From Psilocybe cubensis (taxonomy: Eukaryota): DNA of 64,000 bases. Both the position numbers and the translations under genes were made by a program. Numbering within the stretch: position 1 is the stretch's first letter; every line of letters begins with the position of its first letter. Below the pieces are notes generated by a model, which was not told where the DNA came from, ran no database searches, and saw nothing but the letters and a program-made list of their open reading frames with translations. Location of the stretch: the NCBI GenBank assembly GCA_017499595.2, contig CM038998.1, positions 3,410,001 through 3,474,000 on the forward strand, in the 5' to 3' direction. Of this stretch, positions 48,226 through 62,219 are shown one piece after another.

Positions 48226-49850
48226 TCAGTGAATGCTCATGCGATTTAGAGTCGTACTTGGTCCTCGTCGGTGGTTTTCACCAAACCCTTGGGCTTTCCG
48301 TGTTACTAGGGAAAAGTTGTAAGCATGTTACAACGAATTGACGTAGTCATTCTAAAAAACTTACACGCATCCTTCAAACCACGGCCGAAGTTTTTCAACA
48401 CAATCACAGAGTACACAAAAGTGGCAAAAAGAAGCACAATAGCAATGACAGCTGCAGGTATAGAATGAGTCACCCGACTTTACAAATCCAAGCGACATGC
48501 ACTCACAGAAGATAGTAAGGGATTTCCACACAAGCCTGTATTGGTCCTCATGTCTTAATAGCAATACTTTGATGAGCTAGGGAAAACTGGATCAGAACTA
48601 TGGCATGAGGATGACATGCAAAAGAAACACACTTTATAGATAAAATAAATCATAGCTCCGACACATCCTGACATGAAGCTCGCCATCATCCATTTGTTTT
48701 CGTGTCGAGCCGCCAGATGACCTTCAATGAGAAGTACAATGGAAAGCGGTAACGCAGCACATGTAACATAGTACTCCCAATCCGTATCTTGAAGGACCAA
48801 CCAAATAAACTGTACTGAGAATCCCACCCAGAAAAAGACGTCGAATTTGACCAGACACTCGTATATCTGGTAGTCGGCATACATCTTTTTTATTCTGATG
48901 TCGGCGCCAAGGAATTTGTAAACTTTCCAACCGAATTCGTTGTATATCTTCCACCCAAGGCCAATGTACGCGATTTCAGCTATAGAAATAACGATTGGGA
49001 TTATAGTGGTGAGGACGTCGATGGGAATATTTGATACTCCGGCAACGGAAGAGTCGGACATGGCTTCTCGGACTTCCCCAATTTGTATCACCGCATAGGC
49101 TAGGAAAAGGGCATTGAAAACGCTGAAGCCACGTATAGTTAGATTAAAGAAACCAATTTTCAAGTAATTATTGAAAGACTCACGTCAAGCATAGAAATTG
49201 TAGCGTGTTCCGAGCGTATACAGCATCGACTGCCATGACAAATTGGAACACGCTGGAGATAGGGTGAGGATGGATCAGAGTAGAAAAACTGCAGCAGCAC
49301 GTACTGCGCTAGCGCGAAGATGGCCAAGTAGACGGGCATCCGCCGCGTCGCAATGTCCCCCTGACTCCCCTCTATGTGTTTGTTTTTCTCCCGCACCCTT
49401 AGAAACAGCTCTCCTTCAATAGCCAAATCGATCGTAGTCTCTATGAGGACCGTGATAACGTAGAGACGACACGCTAAGGATTCGGGCAGAACCTAGCAAA
49501 CGCATGAGATGGACTAAGCACGCAAAAGGCCACCAATCTACCTTTTGCCACAATGTACGCGTATCTACTTCCTTCGTTGGAAGGGCAGGAGGGTAAACGT
49601 ATGCAGTGTCGTGTGTGTCGTCAGACTGTGGGGCGCCTTTGCTTGAGAGGGGTATTGAGTTGGCTCTGTAGTGGGCATGGTGTGTTGGTGTGCCTACGGC
49701 AAAGGTCTGATGTCGTGTATTTGAAGCATAGGGAGCGGAATATTCATCAATCAAGTCGTCGTATGAAGCCTTGAAATCCTCTTCTGTTCTTGAAGGCTGG
49801 AGGTAGGGGGTATTATGTGTACGGTCGGAATAGGTGTTTGGCGCCGACAT
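48226..49850 (-). CDS. multi-pass membrane protein, UPF0658 (S. pombe C1952.10c-like) family
   Basis: PVYLAIFALA, DAVYARNTLQ, WKIYNEFGWKVYKFLGADIRIKKMY, LVKFDVFF, ENKWMM, NFGRGLK, tail NRMSIH*. Confidence 0.85.
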
Positions 49851-50307
49851 GGCGGCGGTGTATGGTTGGCCTGCGAAGAGGTTAAGAGAGTGTGTAGATG
49901 AACGATACAAAAGAAAGGTTTTCGGAGTCTGGAGAAGGTTTGGAAAAGATGTTGATGTGTTGCCAACTTTCCCAGCTGTAAGCGGTCTAGCTTCCCCGTG
50001 TTACTGTTTGGTCGCGCCCTTAATTAGTTCCGTTGCCAAGTGGCTGTCCCAGTCTGCACAAGTAAAATATGGCTCTGGAGGCTGGCATGCAAGCAAAGAA
50101 AAGACTGACTATGCTGGGTGCGCTTTGTCGACACTAGTAAAAATATGTATTGTAGATCGTCCTGATTATTGTTGCATGCCAACAACTAACTAAATTCGTC
50201 CAACAAGGACACAACTATTATTAGATGGACAATGGAACCGTGTAGTACCGTGTAGTGCTAAGGCTCAGTTCGATCCCAAGCTTCAATCGTCAAATAGGTA
50301 GACATGC

Positions 50308-51370
50308 TTAGAGAAGCTTAAGTTTTCCCGTAATTTGATTGACCAGTCGAGCAGGTCCTGGTCACTCTTTAATTCTAAGCACAACATGGGATTGGATAAA
50401 ACTCACCTGCAATCCCAAGGACAGTCCTCGAACCCGCAGCAATCTGCGTACGGCCACTGTCGTATAATGTCATTCAGACATGCACCATTTCATTCAGTAA
50501 CTCCACTAGATTGACTTACGCGTCTTGTATCGAACGAGCGCATAAGTTTAGGCTCTGAGCTTGCGCTTTGAGAAGGAGCATTTCGTCCTCATTATCGCAA
50601 CGCAGAGCGACTTTAGTCTGGCTGAACTTTACTTAGCATCATCATATCAGAGCCCAAGAGATTAGCGCGTACCCCGTTCGCTCCCATTGCCGTAGAAGCT
50701 AGAATGCCGGAAGCAAGATTAAGATAATGGACGGGGACATAAGATCTTCGCGTACAACAGGATTCTTAACCAGAAGTGTCTTGTAACACGCTAATGCTGC
50801 ATGGCTGGGAAACATTAAACAGAATCCTTTGAGTTTCTGAGCAATTTCGGCTTACGAGCATCTGGGTAGAACGTGTTTAGGATCCGTTGCATCGATTCAA
50901 GCCTTGAGATACCTACTGAGCAGCTATCTTCCCCGATGTCATCCCTAAATCTGTGCGCACGACAAGAACCTACAAGGCAAAGAATGCTGAATGAACATCA
51001 TGTAAAAATGCGTGTTTCCCGGGATGGAAGCAAACATACCATTTTACAAGTGTCCTCGATGGGGTCCATTTTGAGTGACTCGATATCTCCATCTCCTAGG
51101 CTTGAAACTGAACTTTCTTCAGTTTCGTCCGTTTCATTTCCATCTGACAGCTCCTCGACTCGGAGCCTCTTTTCAGCGTGAGATTGAGGGGAAGGGACTA
51201 CGGTATTTTCTGTCGTGTTTTCGTCGGTCCGGGCTTTGGTATGTGTTCCTGCCCAGAAACCAATGGAAAGCGAAGTGACAACTAAAGCGGCGTAGATAGG
51301 GACTGTCATAAAAGAATCAGCGACTTGAGGTCTCATTAAACCGATTAGACATACGGATATTCTGGCCCAT
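50308..51370 (-). CDS. PTH2: peptidyl-tRNA hydrolase 2
   Basis: N-terminal TM, KMVLVVRTDLGMTSGKIAAQCSHA (6-nt microexon 50856-50861), WERTGQTKVAL, IQDAGRTQIAAGSRTVLGIAGP...TGKLKLL. Confidence 0.96.
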
Positions 51371-52311
51371 TGTGCAGGGAAGGTAAATAGAGGCCCTGAG
51401 CTGCAAAATGACAATGAAAGAAGCAAAGACGCGTCCTGTTAAAGCCAAAATTATAATGCACGTGCCATTAGCCACGGTCGTGTTTTATATGTCCGTCATT
51501 TCTTGGCTTTTCTAAACATACATCGTTCACTCCGTGCTACAATATATCATCCTGCTTCAGTCCATGCTCTAGATCTCTTCCCCTGGCTGCATTAGACTTC
51601 AGAGGCGCTTCGTAGTTCCGTAAAACACGCAAAGGAACGCAGATTCCGACTTACAATGCCTATACGAAATTTCCTTACGTTTGACATCTCCACCTGACCT
51701 CGTCTGCCGAAGTTCACTGGCTGTCTATCGTATTTTACGACCCGGTACGCTGGAATTAAGGATCGAGCGCAACCCAACGTAAGGCAGTACGAACCTGCAC
51801 GCTTGATTTGGAGCTCCCCGTCTCCCCTGGAGTCCTTTCTGAACGTCAGACATCCCCTACTTGACTGAATTTACGTACTCTGTATCTTTGCACGCAGCAT
51901 AGATATGTCCATTAAATCTTTTCCAAGATCTTGATATTCTCGGAATCTCACGATCAGGTAGATAGCGTGGTGGATAGCGTGTTTGCTGTCGCGCTTAAGA
52001 GTGTATCATTGGTCACTGGTACGCTTTCGTTTTATCAAGTTAATATGATTATCTGACCTTGTGACAGAATTAAACTTAACAACACCGGCATCGCAGAAGC
52101 TACTTCGAATTTTACAGGCCGAACTTGTTGAATGGGGATTTCCTCCTTCCCTACCTGATTTTTTACATGCCAAGAAGGGTATATGTACTCCACCGCTTTT
52201 CAGGGAGAAGGAAATGCCTTGAAGATTAGAAAGGTTGAATGAAAAGGGGGGCTGAATCGAAAATCCGGTATTTATTCTGCAAAGGTTTATGGCGTTCCAG
52301 CACCTCTCGAG

Positions 52312-54805
52312 ATGTCCCTTCGAAACCTCCAATCTTCTCTTTCCAAAAATCAGGAAAATATACACACCAACAGGTCATATGTTTCCAACGACGATGAACT
52401 CCAAACCTCACCACCTCCTTCCATTGACTCCTTGGCACCTACTTTTGCACCTGAACCACCTTGTTTACCATATACACATTCGAAGGAAGACTTGCGCAAT
52501 TCTCCGTCTCCTTCTTCCAGTAAACCTTGTACCATCGTCGACAACGGCAAAATATCCATTACGACTGATTCTTCTGAAGGGAATTCTTCATCACCACCAG
52601 ATCGTTTAAAATGGCGTTTAGCAAGTGGGTTTTTTGCATACTTTATGTGCGGCTGGGGCGATGGTGGTAAGTCATCCAACTCGCAACCTCTGATGTGTGT
52701 TGACTCTAGTCGTCGAACTTACTGTTTTATAGTTACCGGCGCCGTTCTTCCTGGCAAGTATATGTTTTGTTTGACTGTGCCTTTAACGTTCATTTTCGTT
52801 TTTATAGACTTTATGGCCGATTATCATATCACTTTCATGATGTCCTCCTTACTATATGCTGCGACTACTGTCGGGTATGTAAATATGACATCATAAATAA
52901 GATAAATATTTTATTTACTTCTGTGAAGGTTCATAGTTGGAACTATGTTGGTGGAGTCAATTATAAACCAACTTGGCCGCTTTCGTCTTGTTGCGGACCA
53001 TTCATCCTGGATTCCAGCCATACAATTGCTCAAGACAAAGCAAAGTGATAATGAAATAGGTTACTCTCCCTCTCAAGCCCGTCATATATCATTACTAGTT
53101 TCGAGCATTTTGCATGGGATGTTCTTCGTTATGATGGGATCAAGAGGAGGTTTCTGGGCGGCTTTCGGTGCCTACGCTGTTGCCGCTTTTGCGAGGTCTG
53201 TCTTGACAGGTAGAGTTCGCAATTTAAATGGTAGATTTTATCTTATGACTGATCATGTTATATTGAACAGCTTCATTGTGAGTTATCTTCGAACCTCTTG
53301 ATTTAATTTTAACATGCTAATCATCCAGTCAGAAACGGTTATTTCGCAGAAGGGCCAAAGCAATCGCTTGGATATGCTTTTGGTTTGTGGAGTTCGTAGT
53401 TATGACTTTACCCAATGCTTCACTGCTCATAATTTTCAATCTCGCAGGTTTAGGAAGTGTTGCATCTCCTTTGCTTTGCCAGTCCCTCATCGCGGTCAAC
53501 GTGCCTTGGTTTAATTTCTATCTTGGTTCTCTAGTGCTATCAGCTGTTAATGTGGTCTTCCTGGTCACAACTTTTAAGCCAACGCTCCGTGAGCATTTGC
53601 ATGACCGTCAGAATGCAATTATGCTCGCAGCGAAATGCGATAATAAGGACACCTGGGTAGCAAATAAAAACAAGGAACATTTTACTTCGGAATCTCGATC
53701 TGAAAACGTCGCAAGCAACAAAAAAGGCACGAATCCAAGTTTTTGATGTCTTATGACTGCTGATATCACAACCAGCCCTTTCAAGCGCCCTAAAGATGAA
53801 GTTCCAGTGGGCAATTTGTTTGTTCTCATTACTCTACTACGGATGGTCAGTCTTGCATACCTATATCATTTCCTTAAATACTAATTAGCCCAACAGTGAA
53901 ACATCGACGTCAGGATTTGTTAGTGAATCAAATTTTGACAAATATTTGTTCTGATGAAAGTATAGATTGTGTCATATCTACTGGATATCAGAGTCAGTTC
54001 ATTATATATAACAACCCTTATTTTGCATACTCTGACATGAATTATCTTGTAGAACGCTAATCCAAAGACTGTTGGATACGTCTCATCTGGTTTCTGGGGT
54101 GGCATCACTATCGGACGGTTTGTTTGGGGACATGTAACCCCAAAGTACGTCTAACTTGAAAATTTTCGTGATCTGAACAGTTCATTTGACCTTTATACTA
54201 GACTTGACCCTGCTGGAAGGAAAATAGTCGTTCAAATATGCATGTTAGTTCAACGTGCTTTTTACTTTTCTAAAGGCACATCGACTTACTCTGTCTTTGT
54301 AGGCGTAAGACTACATTGATATCTTTACACCAAAATTCGATTAACTCTTTTATAGTCATTGGACTCTTAATGCAAATTCTAATATGGACAATTGGTTCAA
54401 ACATTGTGAATTCCATCTCAGTCAGTATCATCGGTTTGGTTTACGGACCTGTCTTCCCGGCCTCTTTGACACTCGCCAATGATATTCTACCTCTTGAGGT
54501 CCGGATAATCAGTATGGCGCTAATGTAAGATTTCGTCATTTCTTATCTACTAGATTTTTGGCCTAACGCCAACATTAGTTCTGCGGCTGCCAGTTTGGGA
54601 TCAGGTATATTTCGACGTTTCGCAGCAAACCTTATGTCTGATTGTTCTCTCATCAGCCTTGTTCCCATTTGTTGCTGGAACAATATTGAGCATTCAAGGA
54701 ATCCATACTTTGACATATTTCACCGTCCCTCTCGCTGGCGCCCTTACTTTTCTCTGGGCCCTATTTCCATCCAAACCACCCTCTCGTCCCGAGACATCTG
54801 TCTGA
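52312..54805 (+). CDS. MFS transporter (Bsc6/FucP-like)
   Basis: FAYFMCGWGDGVTGAVLP, GLGSVASPL, SETSTSGFIVSYL, GYVSSGFWGGITIGR, GLVYGPVFP. Many short exons, including 7-nt and 2-nt microexons and a GC-AG intron. Confidence 0.88.
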
Positions 54806-55254
54806 GAAAAGGATGATGTTTGTTATCCCTCAACGATCCAGATGCTGCTTCAAGGCTCCATGCCCACATCTGTTTTTGACTATATCTTGACTGCTATGTA
54901 TATATTAACTGTCAAAATTTCATAGATATCGCTCAGTACAGACTGTTCTTTTTCTTCTACTTTTCTTGTTTTACAACTTGAAACCGTACTGCAGCTTTCA
55001 TGTATTCTGTAATCTTCACCCCAGCATTGGGCCCACATGTTTTCTGCACTTCTAATGCAATCTGTATTCGAATTCGCAATAGCAATAACATGGCCACTTG
55101 ATGCTAGAAGATGTAAAGACGGGTAAATAATTAGTTATATCGTACATGTTTGCTATGGATGACATGGATTTGCTTTATACTAGTACAAGGTTGAACGGAA
55201 ATACGGGTTAACGACAGAGTCACGGAAGTGAATTGATAGATGTGTTGATGAGGT

Positions 55255-57012
55255 TTAATCGCTGTCAGTATCAGTCGACGATCCTGTTTCATTAGCATGA
55301 TCAATTTCTAAATAACGAGGGTCGTCAGAGAAGATGTACTACGTCATTGCAGAAGAACTAACCAAGTTGATAATCCGGAACATGAATTGGTTGTGGGCGA
55401 GGTGGGCTAATGGGGCGACGAGGAGGGCCAGTCCCCATAGCCAGTGGACGACCTCTGACGGCTTTATTCACGGCAATAGGTCTGGTCGGACTTTGCGTGG
55501 AAAACGTTGACGACGGTGTACCAGCTACGAAACCATCCGGTGAAGAATCGCGGGATGATGCCGACGACCGATCGAGGAAGGACGCAGTCGAGGAGTCGCG
55601 CAGCTTAGAAGGTATCTTTGATTGGGAAGTTGTAGAGGGTGAGTAATGAGACTGCACAAATGTGATAAGAATTTATCAATTAAGGAAAATATGAATCCTA
55701 CATTGCTAGGAAATCCAGACAACTCTGGATCGGCTTTTACTCTGGACACAGGCGAACCTGTAAAGATCAATAATTTAAAAAAGAGCACTAAGCAAGATAT
55801 ATTGAACCATGCTAAACATACCAGAGGCTTTGCCCTTCTTTGGTTTTTTATTGGGTGAGATCGTGGGTGACCCAAGCTACCAGATATCCATCAGTTTCAG
55901 GCAGAAAAGAACTAAGCAGCATGTATACCCTTTTCCGTTTGAGAGTAAAGTCCCCTTCGTCCGCTGTATTCCCATGCAACGTAAGGCTGTGACGAGCATC
56001 GATAAAATCAAGAAACGAACCTTGTTTCTTCCCTTTACCTTTACCTTTGTTCTTTCCGTTTGCGGTGCCTTTCTCTTCGGATATATAACCACCGTCGGAC
56101 AGTGGTGACGCTGAACGACCGCCTTCTGAGGATTGTCTAAAATTGAGTTTCGCAGTCAGATATTGAATATTGTTTATAGAAAACAAATTAGGAAAAGTAG
56201 AACTAACTTAGGCTTCGTTGCGTTGCCTCGGACAGCACCTCTTCGTGATGTACTGAGGCCTAGGCAGGTGGTAAGGTGTGGTGCATATCTGTTTGGCGCC
56301 AGCTAAAGAAAATCGAATAGCATCAACATAATGAGTATATCAGGCGTATTGCTTGATGGATAACTGTTAGTTAGACGCACTTGTCTTTGGCATGAAACAC
56401 ATTCAAGGAGCTGTGCCCCGTCACCCTTCAGACTTGTAGGTGTACTGGCTCCAGTGCCATTCGGCACACCTTTAGAGGCCCCTCCATCATATCCACTTGT
56501 AGAGGAGGGTGTGTCTGCACGTTGACCAAAACCTGACGGGCGAGAATTGTCGTTGGTAGTACGAGGATTATGTACTGAGCAAAAAAAATAACGTCCGTTA
56601 TGTTTGACAGGAGACGTACAGAAGTCAATGATTCACTTACTTGATCCACATCTAACGGTTTGTACGTACATGATGCATGAGCAGGGAACAGTCACTGAGG
56701 TTAGCATCTGGGGCACCACTAAACCTGCACAGCGATTTCACTGCAGCAGGCGAAGATTCAAGAGGAAGACGCACTGGGTATTACACGTTGTACACACAGA
56801 TTTTCCGCGAACGACTTCGTGATGGGTTTGCAAAGTCGCATCCATTACCAGCTCTTCCAGCATAGCCGCGAATACTCGCGCAGTCTGTTACGACATAATT
56901 GTAAGGCACGACCCAAAGTAAACTTGCATGTTAGGAGCGAGGACAACCACTTTCAACATATAATGTATCTTACCAAGGCCGCCAATGTTTCCTCTCTCTC
57001 TGATTTGGGCAT
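55255..57012 (-). CDS. SGF11: SAGA deubiquitination module subunit Sgf11
   Basis: N-terminal helix ARVFAAMLEELVMDATLQTHHEV, zinc finger ECVSCQRQLAPNRYAPHLTTCLG, last exon ETGSSTDTDSD*. Confidence 0.88.
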
Positions 57013-57625
57013 TGTCTGCGCGAGAACGTCGTGTGATTAGAGGGTGAATGTGTCCAGTCAAACAATGGTAAATTTCAAACTCCTGGGTGTCGAAGAGTAA
57101 CAATGCCTTCAAAGTAAATATCCCTCAAGCTAAAACAATAGCCAGGGAAAGTGTAGTGATGCAGTTCCTCAGTCGTGGTCTGTGAGAGTGCCGATGAAAG
57201 TGGAAGTAGATGTACGCGACGAGCAATTACAATTACACTGTGATCACGTTTTCAATGAATACATTAAGCGTCTAATGCAACATCTCAACAAATGAACAAA
57301 TAGTGTACCATGCCCACATATCCTAACTCTCCCAACTGAAAAGAAAACATTAAGCTAGCATTAATTGGGTCGTGTCAAGGTCGTGTGTCATAAAGGAAGC
57401 TCGAATATCATGTATAATAAGTAACGGACTTTTAATGGCCTGAGCGTCTAGATAAGAACGAACGGAATTCCAAAATAAAAAAGAATTAACGGGTGGGTGG
57501 AAAGAGCCTAATCATCAAAGGTATTCATAATTTTTTTCTAATAATCAGCGAACGAATAAGCATCAACACCACTCTCCACCCCATTCCTACTTTCCAAACT
57601 GACTAATCCAAAATGATAGGAATAT

Positions 57626-60091
57626 TTAATAGTGGTTCGAGGTCAGTCTTGAGATAGTGAAGACTCCAACAATGACGACCGCCAGGGCACCAATGCTAGC
57701 AGGAAGTAAGAGGTCTTTGGGTATTCCGAATACTTCATCACCTGCAGCGATAGGAGCAGCACGTTGTGGGGCAGGAGCCAAGGGTTCCGGGATGACCTCC
57801 TTCAAGGGTGTAGGTACGTTCGATGCGACGACCTGCTCAGCTTTCTCCACCTCGCGAACCTGTTCAATGGCAGCGGCTGTAACCTCCGCAGCCTTGGCTT
57901 CGCTCTTGCCAGCACCAGCTTCAGCCCATCCTTTACCACCCTGCACGAAAAGCACCACACGATCCTGGGCTGCTGCACGAGCGATTTTAACAGCCTCCGA
58001 AACGTCATGGTCAGACGTGATCAAAACAGTATCGCCATCGGCATCAGTATACGACAAATGGAAGTCGATAGGGTCAGGTCGTGTTGCGACATCTGAAGTT
58101 GGCTGGAACTCCGTGAAGAAGGGATCAGTGGCGAGTTTTCCAGCAACAATTTCACGCAGATGCTCAACATCATCATGGCGAGACTGGAAACGATGGGTAC
58201 GCCCACTTGGCGTACGGAATTTGAAAACATATGTGCCATCGTCTGCAGGTACAGGGACTCCGCCACTGGGAACGTGAAGACCCTTCTGGCGGCCATAGCC
58301 TTCAAGAGCGGAAACATGATCATCATCCATGACAGAAGCCGAATCATTGGGGTGCACCTCAGAGTGAGGAGATTGTTGGAGATGAAGGTCATTGATACCA
58401 GCAAAGGACCTGTTGTCGGTCATAGCATGCTGAGAACCAGACAGGACAGATTCGCCATCGTCATGTCCAATGGAATCAAAGAAACGTCCCCACATAGGAC
58501 CGCCTTCCGAGTCACTGTGACCAGCTTCGCCAGACATAGCGTTCATCTAAGATAACGCAACTTTAGATTAAGATGATAAAATAGATGTACAGATGAACAG
58601 ACCTGTTCCAGAGTGGCATATGTAAGCTTTAAGACATCAACGATAGCAACAAGATGTCCATCAGCCTCGATAACAGGAAGATTGAGGTAATGTCCATCTG
58701 GGAGATAATGTCAATCATTTTTTAACAACATGGCAGGACCAGCTTACTGTGCATCTTCTTCAAGGCATCATGAACGCTCATGGTAGGAGGTGCAGTATCA
58801 GGATGAGGCGTCATAACACGGACAACACTGCACCGACCAGCGTCCAAGCCAGCGGCGATCACGCGAAGCACAACATCTTTGCTGGTAAAGATGCCAGCAA
58901 TCTTTGCGGGTGCGGGGTTGCCGGATGTTTGTGGACCCGAAGGTTCCATGACACAGACAGCAGTGGTCCTTCGTTCCTTCATCAATTTGGCAACCTCACG
59001 GACAGTAGTCTTCGGGCCCACAGTAGCAGGCTGGGTGAAGGTATCCATGACAGTAGTGAGATCAGGGAGCGCAGTCTTCTCACGTAGCTTCTCCGCCCAT
59101 GCAAGCATAGCGGCTGCCTGAGGGTTGCCTCCGACCGCGCCAAGCTCGGACTGCACGCCAGCCATAGCATTGAAGAGCTGCTCTGATGCAGCCGAACTTC
59201 TCTCAACCTTACCAAGAGCTTCATGGAAAACCTTGGTGATGTCCAGCAAACCGACAACATTTCCATCTTCGTTACACACGGGCTAGTGAAGAAGAAAATA
59301 CCATTGGTAAGTATGTTTAAATTTGAAGAAGAATTGTAGAACGTACAAGATGTCTGAAATGTTTCGACACCATGAGTTCCAAGGCCTCAGTCGCGCTAGT
59401 CGAGTCGCGAGTGACCATTGGGTTACGCGTCATGATCTGACTGACAGGAGTAGTATGAGGATCAAGTCCTTCTGCTGTAACCTACACGGCGTATACTATG
59501 TCAGTTACTCTATAACAGCGCATAAAGAGATAGAAATAGTACACACCCTGTATGCCAGATCCTTAGCGGTGAAAATTCCGCTCAACCCCTCTTCGTCATC
59601 CACGACCAACACACAATCTGTTCTCTTAGCGGCGCATAACTGGCTGGCCTCCGAGACGGTGATATTCTCCGGAACCGTCAAAGCAGGGCTGGGTTTGAGC
59701 GCAGCGACAGTTCCTTTAGCGGCGGCGGGCTTGCCGCGCTTAGAGGTTCGTTGCTGGCTGTGGGTCGTCGAGATCGTGCGCTTGCGCGAGAGTTCGGATT
59801 CGATCTTCTTGCGGATAGCCTGATTTATGTTTTAGTCAATATGTTCCAGGAAATTAAGCGGGTTTAGTTAACCTCATCTCTCTTCGATTGTTTCTTTCTT
59901 GTCTCAGCGACGGAGACACTACTTTGGAATCCGGATACAGTAGACATGGTTGCACCTGTGCTAGCAAAACTATTTGACGTGTTTGAACGAGCGCCTGGCC
60001 TCGGAGAGATAGCACGTTCCGGACTAGTAGGAAATGGAAGTGGAGACTGGGTACGGCCTGAGTTATGAGTAGGAACGGGTATACGGGACAT
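57626..60091 (-). CDS. tandem CBS + PB1 domain membrane-anchored protein (Mug70/CBSCBSPB-like)
   Basis: GTVAALKPSPALT, GIFTAKDLAYRV, GIFTSKDVVLRVIAAGLD, VMTPHPD, PB1 YVFKFRTPSGRTHRF...LSYTDADGDTVLITSD, C-terminal TM. Confidence 0.92.
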
Positions 60092-60239
60092 TCAGCAACT
60101 GCAGAGACTGCAGAAAGTCAAGCGTCAAGTTCAGTCCAATTCGAATCGAAATTATTCCCCAAAGTGAATGTGATCTTATTTACATATATTTGTTATATAT
60201 TATTGTTGGCTAATTTATTATGTAATATTGTGGCGAGTT

Positions 60240-60597
60240 TCACGTGCGGGTCTTCCCGTTCCGTAGTGAGCCCCTATTTCTGGCTTGATATACTGTGTAA
60301 ATGTAGTAGGCGCCGCCGAGCGCTGCTATTGCAAAGAAGTTGGCTGGTTCAAATAATCAGCACAATATAATTTCAAGCTGACCAAACAATCTTACCTGCA
60401 ATAAAACCAAGGGCTCCCTGGAATACGTCTGTGACCATCGCGATCAGGTGCTGGGCCACTTTGAAAACGCTTGTGATGACGTCGCCTCCCAATGCGAAGA
60501 TGGCATGGAAGACAGCAAACACCGATTGTACGAGTGAGAAGACAATTCCCACTATTGAGTTGATAAATTCTGTTATGGCGTGTACGATTGAAGGCAT
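60240..60597 (-). CDS. small amphipathic/membrane hypothetical protein (~101 aa, 2 exons)
   Basis: MPSIVHAITEFINSIVG...FQGALGFIA^ANFFAIAALGGAYYIYTVYQARNRGSLRNGKTRT*. Canonical intron, TATAAA upstream at ~60639-60644. Confidence 0.8.
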
Positions 60598-61018
60598 GGT
60601 TAAGTTTGTTTGCCCTTCCCCACATCCCCACCCACGGTTTTATACATTGTACGGGCTCCATAATTGACGGCGACGTCATGGACACACTGTACGCCACCTT
60701 CGTCATGTTGGGATTAATCCTGGTTGGCAAGTATCCAAAAGTACAACAATGAAACAAATAATTAGCACTGTAGGCGCGCACTAAATAAAAACGACAGCAT
60801 CCAATCTAATAAAATAAAGAGCAGAAACAAATCGTGTCTTGTTCCAACTGTTTCAATGTTTGTCCACCCGAACATAAAGATTAAACACAACCAAAAAAAA
60901 ACATCGAATGATTGTAGTTATTCCAGCCATATCTACGTTCCAAACACAGGGACACTATTCAACAAACGCTCCACACACAATGCCATTCTTGTTTAGGAAG
61001 ATAATGGACAGTCACAAA

Positions 61019-62219
61019 TCATCGTGCAGCCTGGGGAGGAACACCAGCGTTGGGTGTCAACGTGGATCCAGACCAAGTCTGGACAGCGTATTGAACTTTG
61101 TCCCAAACTTGTGCGAGCACGGGTGGATTAGTGGGTTTCCGGATGAAGGCATCTGCACGGCTATTGACGTATGCGACAGCTTCGCGAGTGAACAAGGAGT
61201 GGAAGTGGCGCGCGCGCAAGAAGTGCGCAAAGATTATAGGTGCCAAGATTGAATTACGCCATGTCAAGCATCCGAGGAGAACGCGAGCCATAATAACAAG
61301 TTCCGTGTAAGCAACAACCTTCATAGCGTTGTCGTAGTTGGCTGGAATATGATTTAGGATATACGAATTGTTTGAACGTGTTTCATGCATACCTTTGACC
61401 CAGGCCTGGAGTTTCTTAGCCAAAGGATGAGGCTGGGGAGGGCCGCCAGCAGTAGCAGGTTGTGCAGGGGGGAGGAATTGGGGCATCAATGTTGTACGAG
61501 TGAAAGTCATGGCATGGAAAAGCGAGAAAATCATGTACGGCAACAAAGCAACTGCATGCAAATACATCAGTGTGGCCAAAATAAAGCAGAAACAAGATAC
61601 AGACTCGTAACCGGTTTCGAGGTCCACCAGAAGAAGGCGAGGAGGAAGTACTGAACGTTCTAAATTCAATATTGGTATCAGCGTCATGATAGAAAAGTAC
61701 ACGACAAGGTCAACCAACCTCATCGAGCATGGCCTTGCGTATGTAGGCAAGATTGGGTTGAGGTGTCTGGAAGGGGGAACGTGTGTTACGTCATGTTCCA
61801 GGCAACACATACAGCACGGATTGCGCTCGGAGGAAAACGTGTTGACATACCCCCAACGATTTACTAGTAACAGAGAAGATATTAGCATTCTGTGATATCA
61901 CACAAAGAGAGATATGTTGACGCACTGGCATACAATGGCATAGCTGATCAACGCGCCCGTGAAGCTGGCTGTACACGTCGCGCAAAAGGAAGTCAGCGGG
62001 TTGTGTCGGTTGCATACATATGAGTACTAAGAAGGGATCTGACCTTTGTACCACGCAGCAGAGACAGTTTTGAAAGTGACCCATGCAAGGATATACCGCA
62101 AAGAGGATAAGAGAAGTAAGAAATGGCCAGAAGCCCAGAGATAGTGCTGTGAACAGAATCTGAGTGCTAGTTCAGATTAAGGTCATAACCTTTCTAAGAA
62201 TCACCTGAGTAGTTGCCAT
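61019..62219 (-). CDS. POM33: Pom33/Per33/TMEM33 family ER/nuclear-envelope membrane protein
   Basis: HYLWASGHF, GALISYAIV, DENVQYFLLAFFWW, LLPYMIFSLFHAMTFTRT, FAHFLRAR. 13-nt microexon 61851-61863. Confidence 0.88.

Noticed and set aside
10448-57012. Chromatin/nuclear 'cluster' (RPD3, ULP1, SGF11, RAD14)
   Set aside because: Widely spaced among unrelated housekeeping genes, as expected by chance.
57657-58277. 206-aa plus-strand ORF
   Set aside because: Antisense shadow of the CBS/PB1 gene's last exon.
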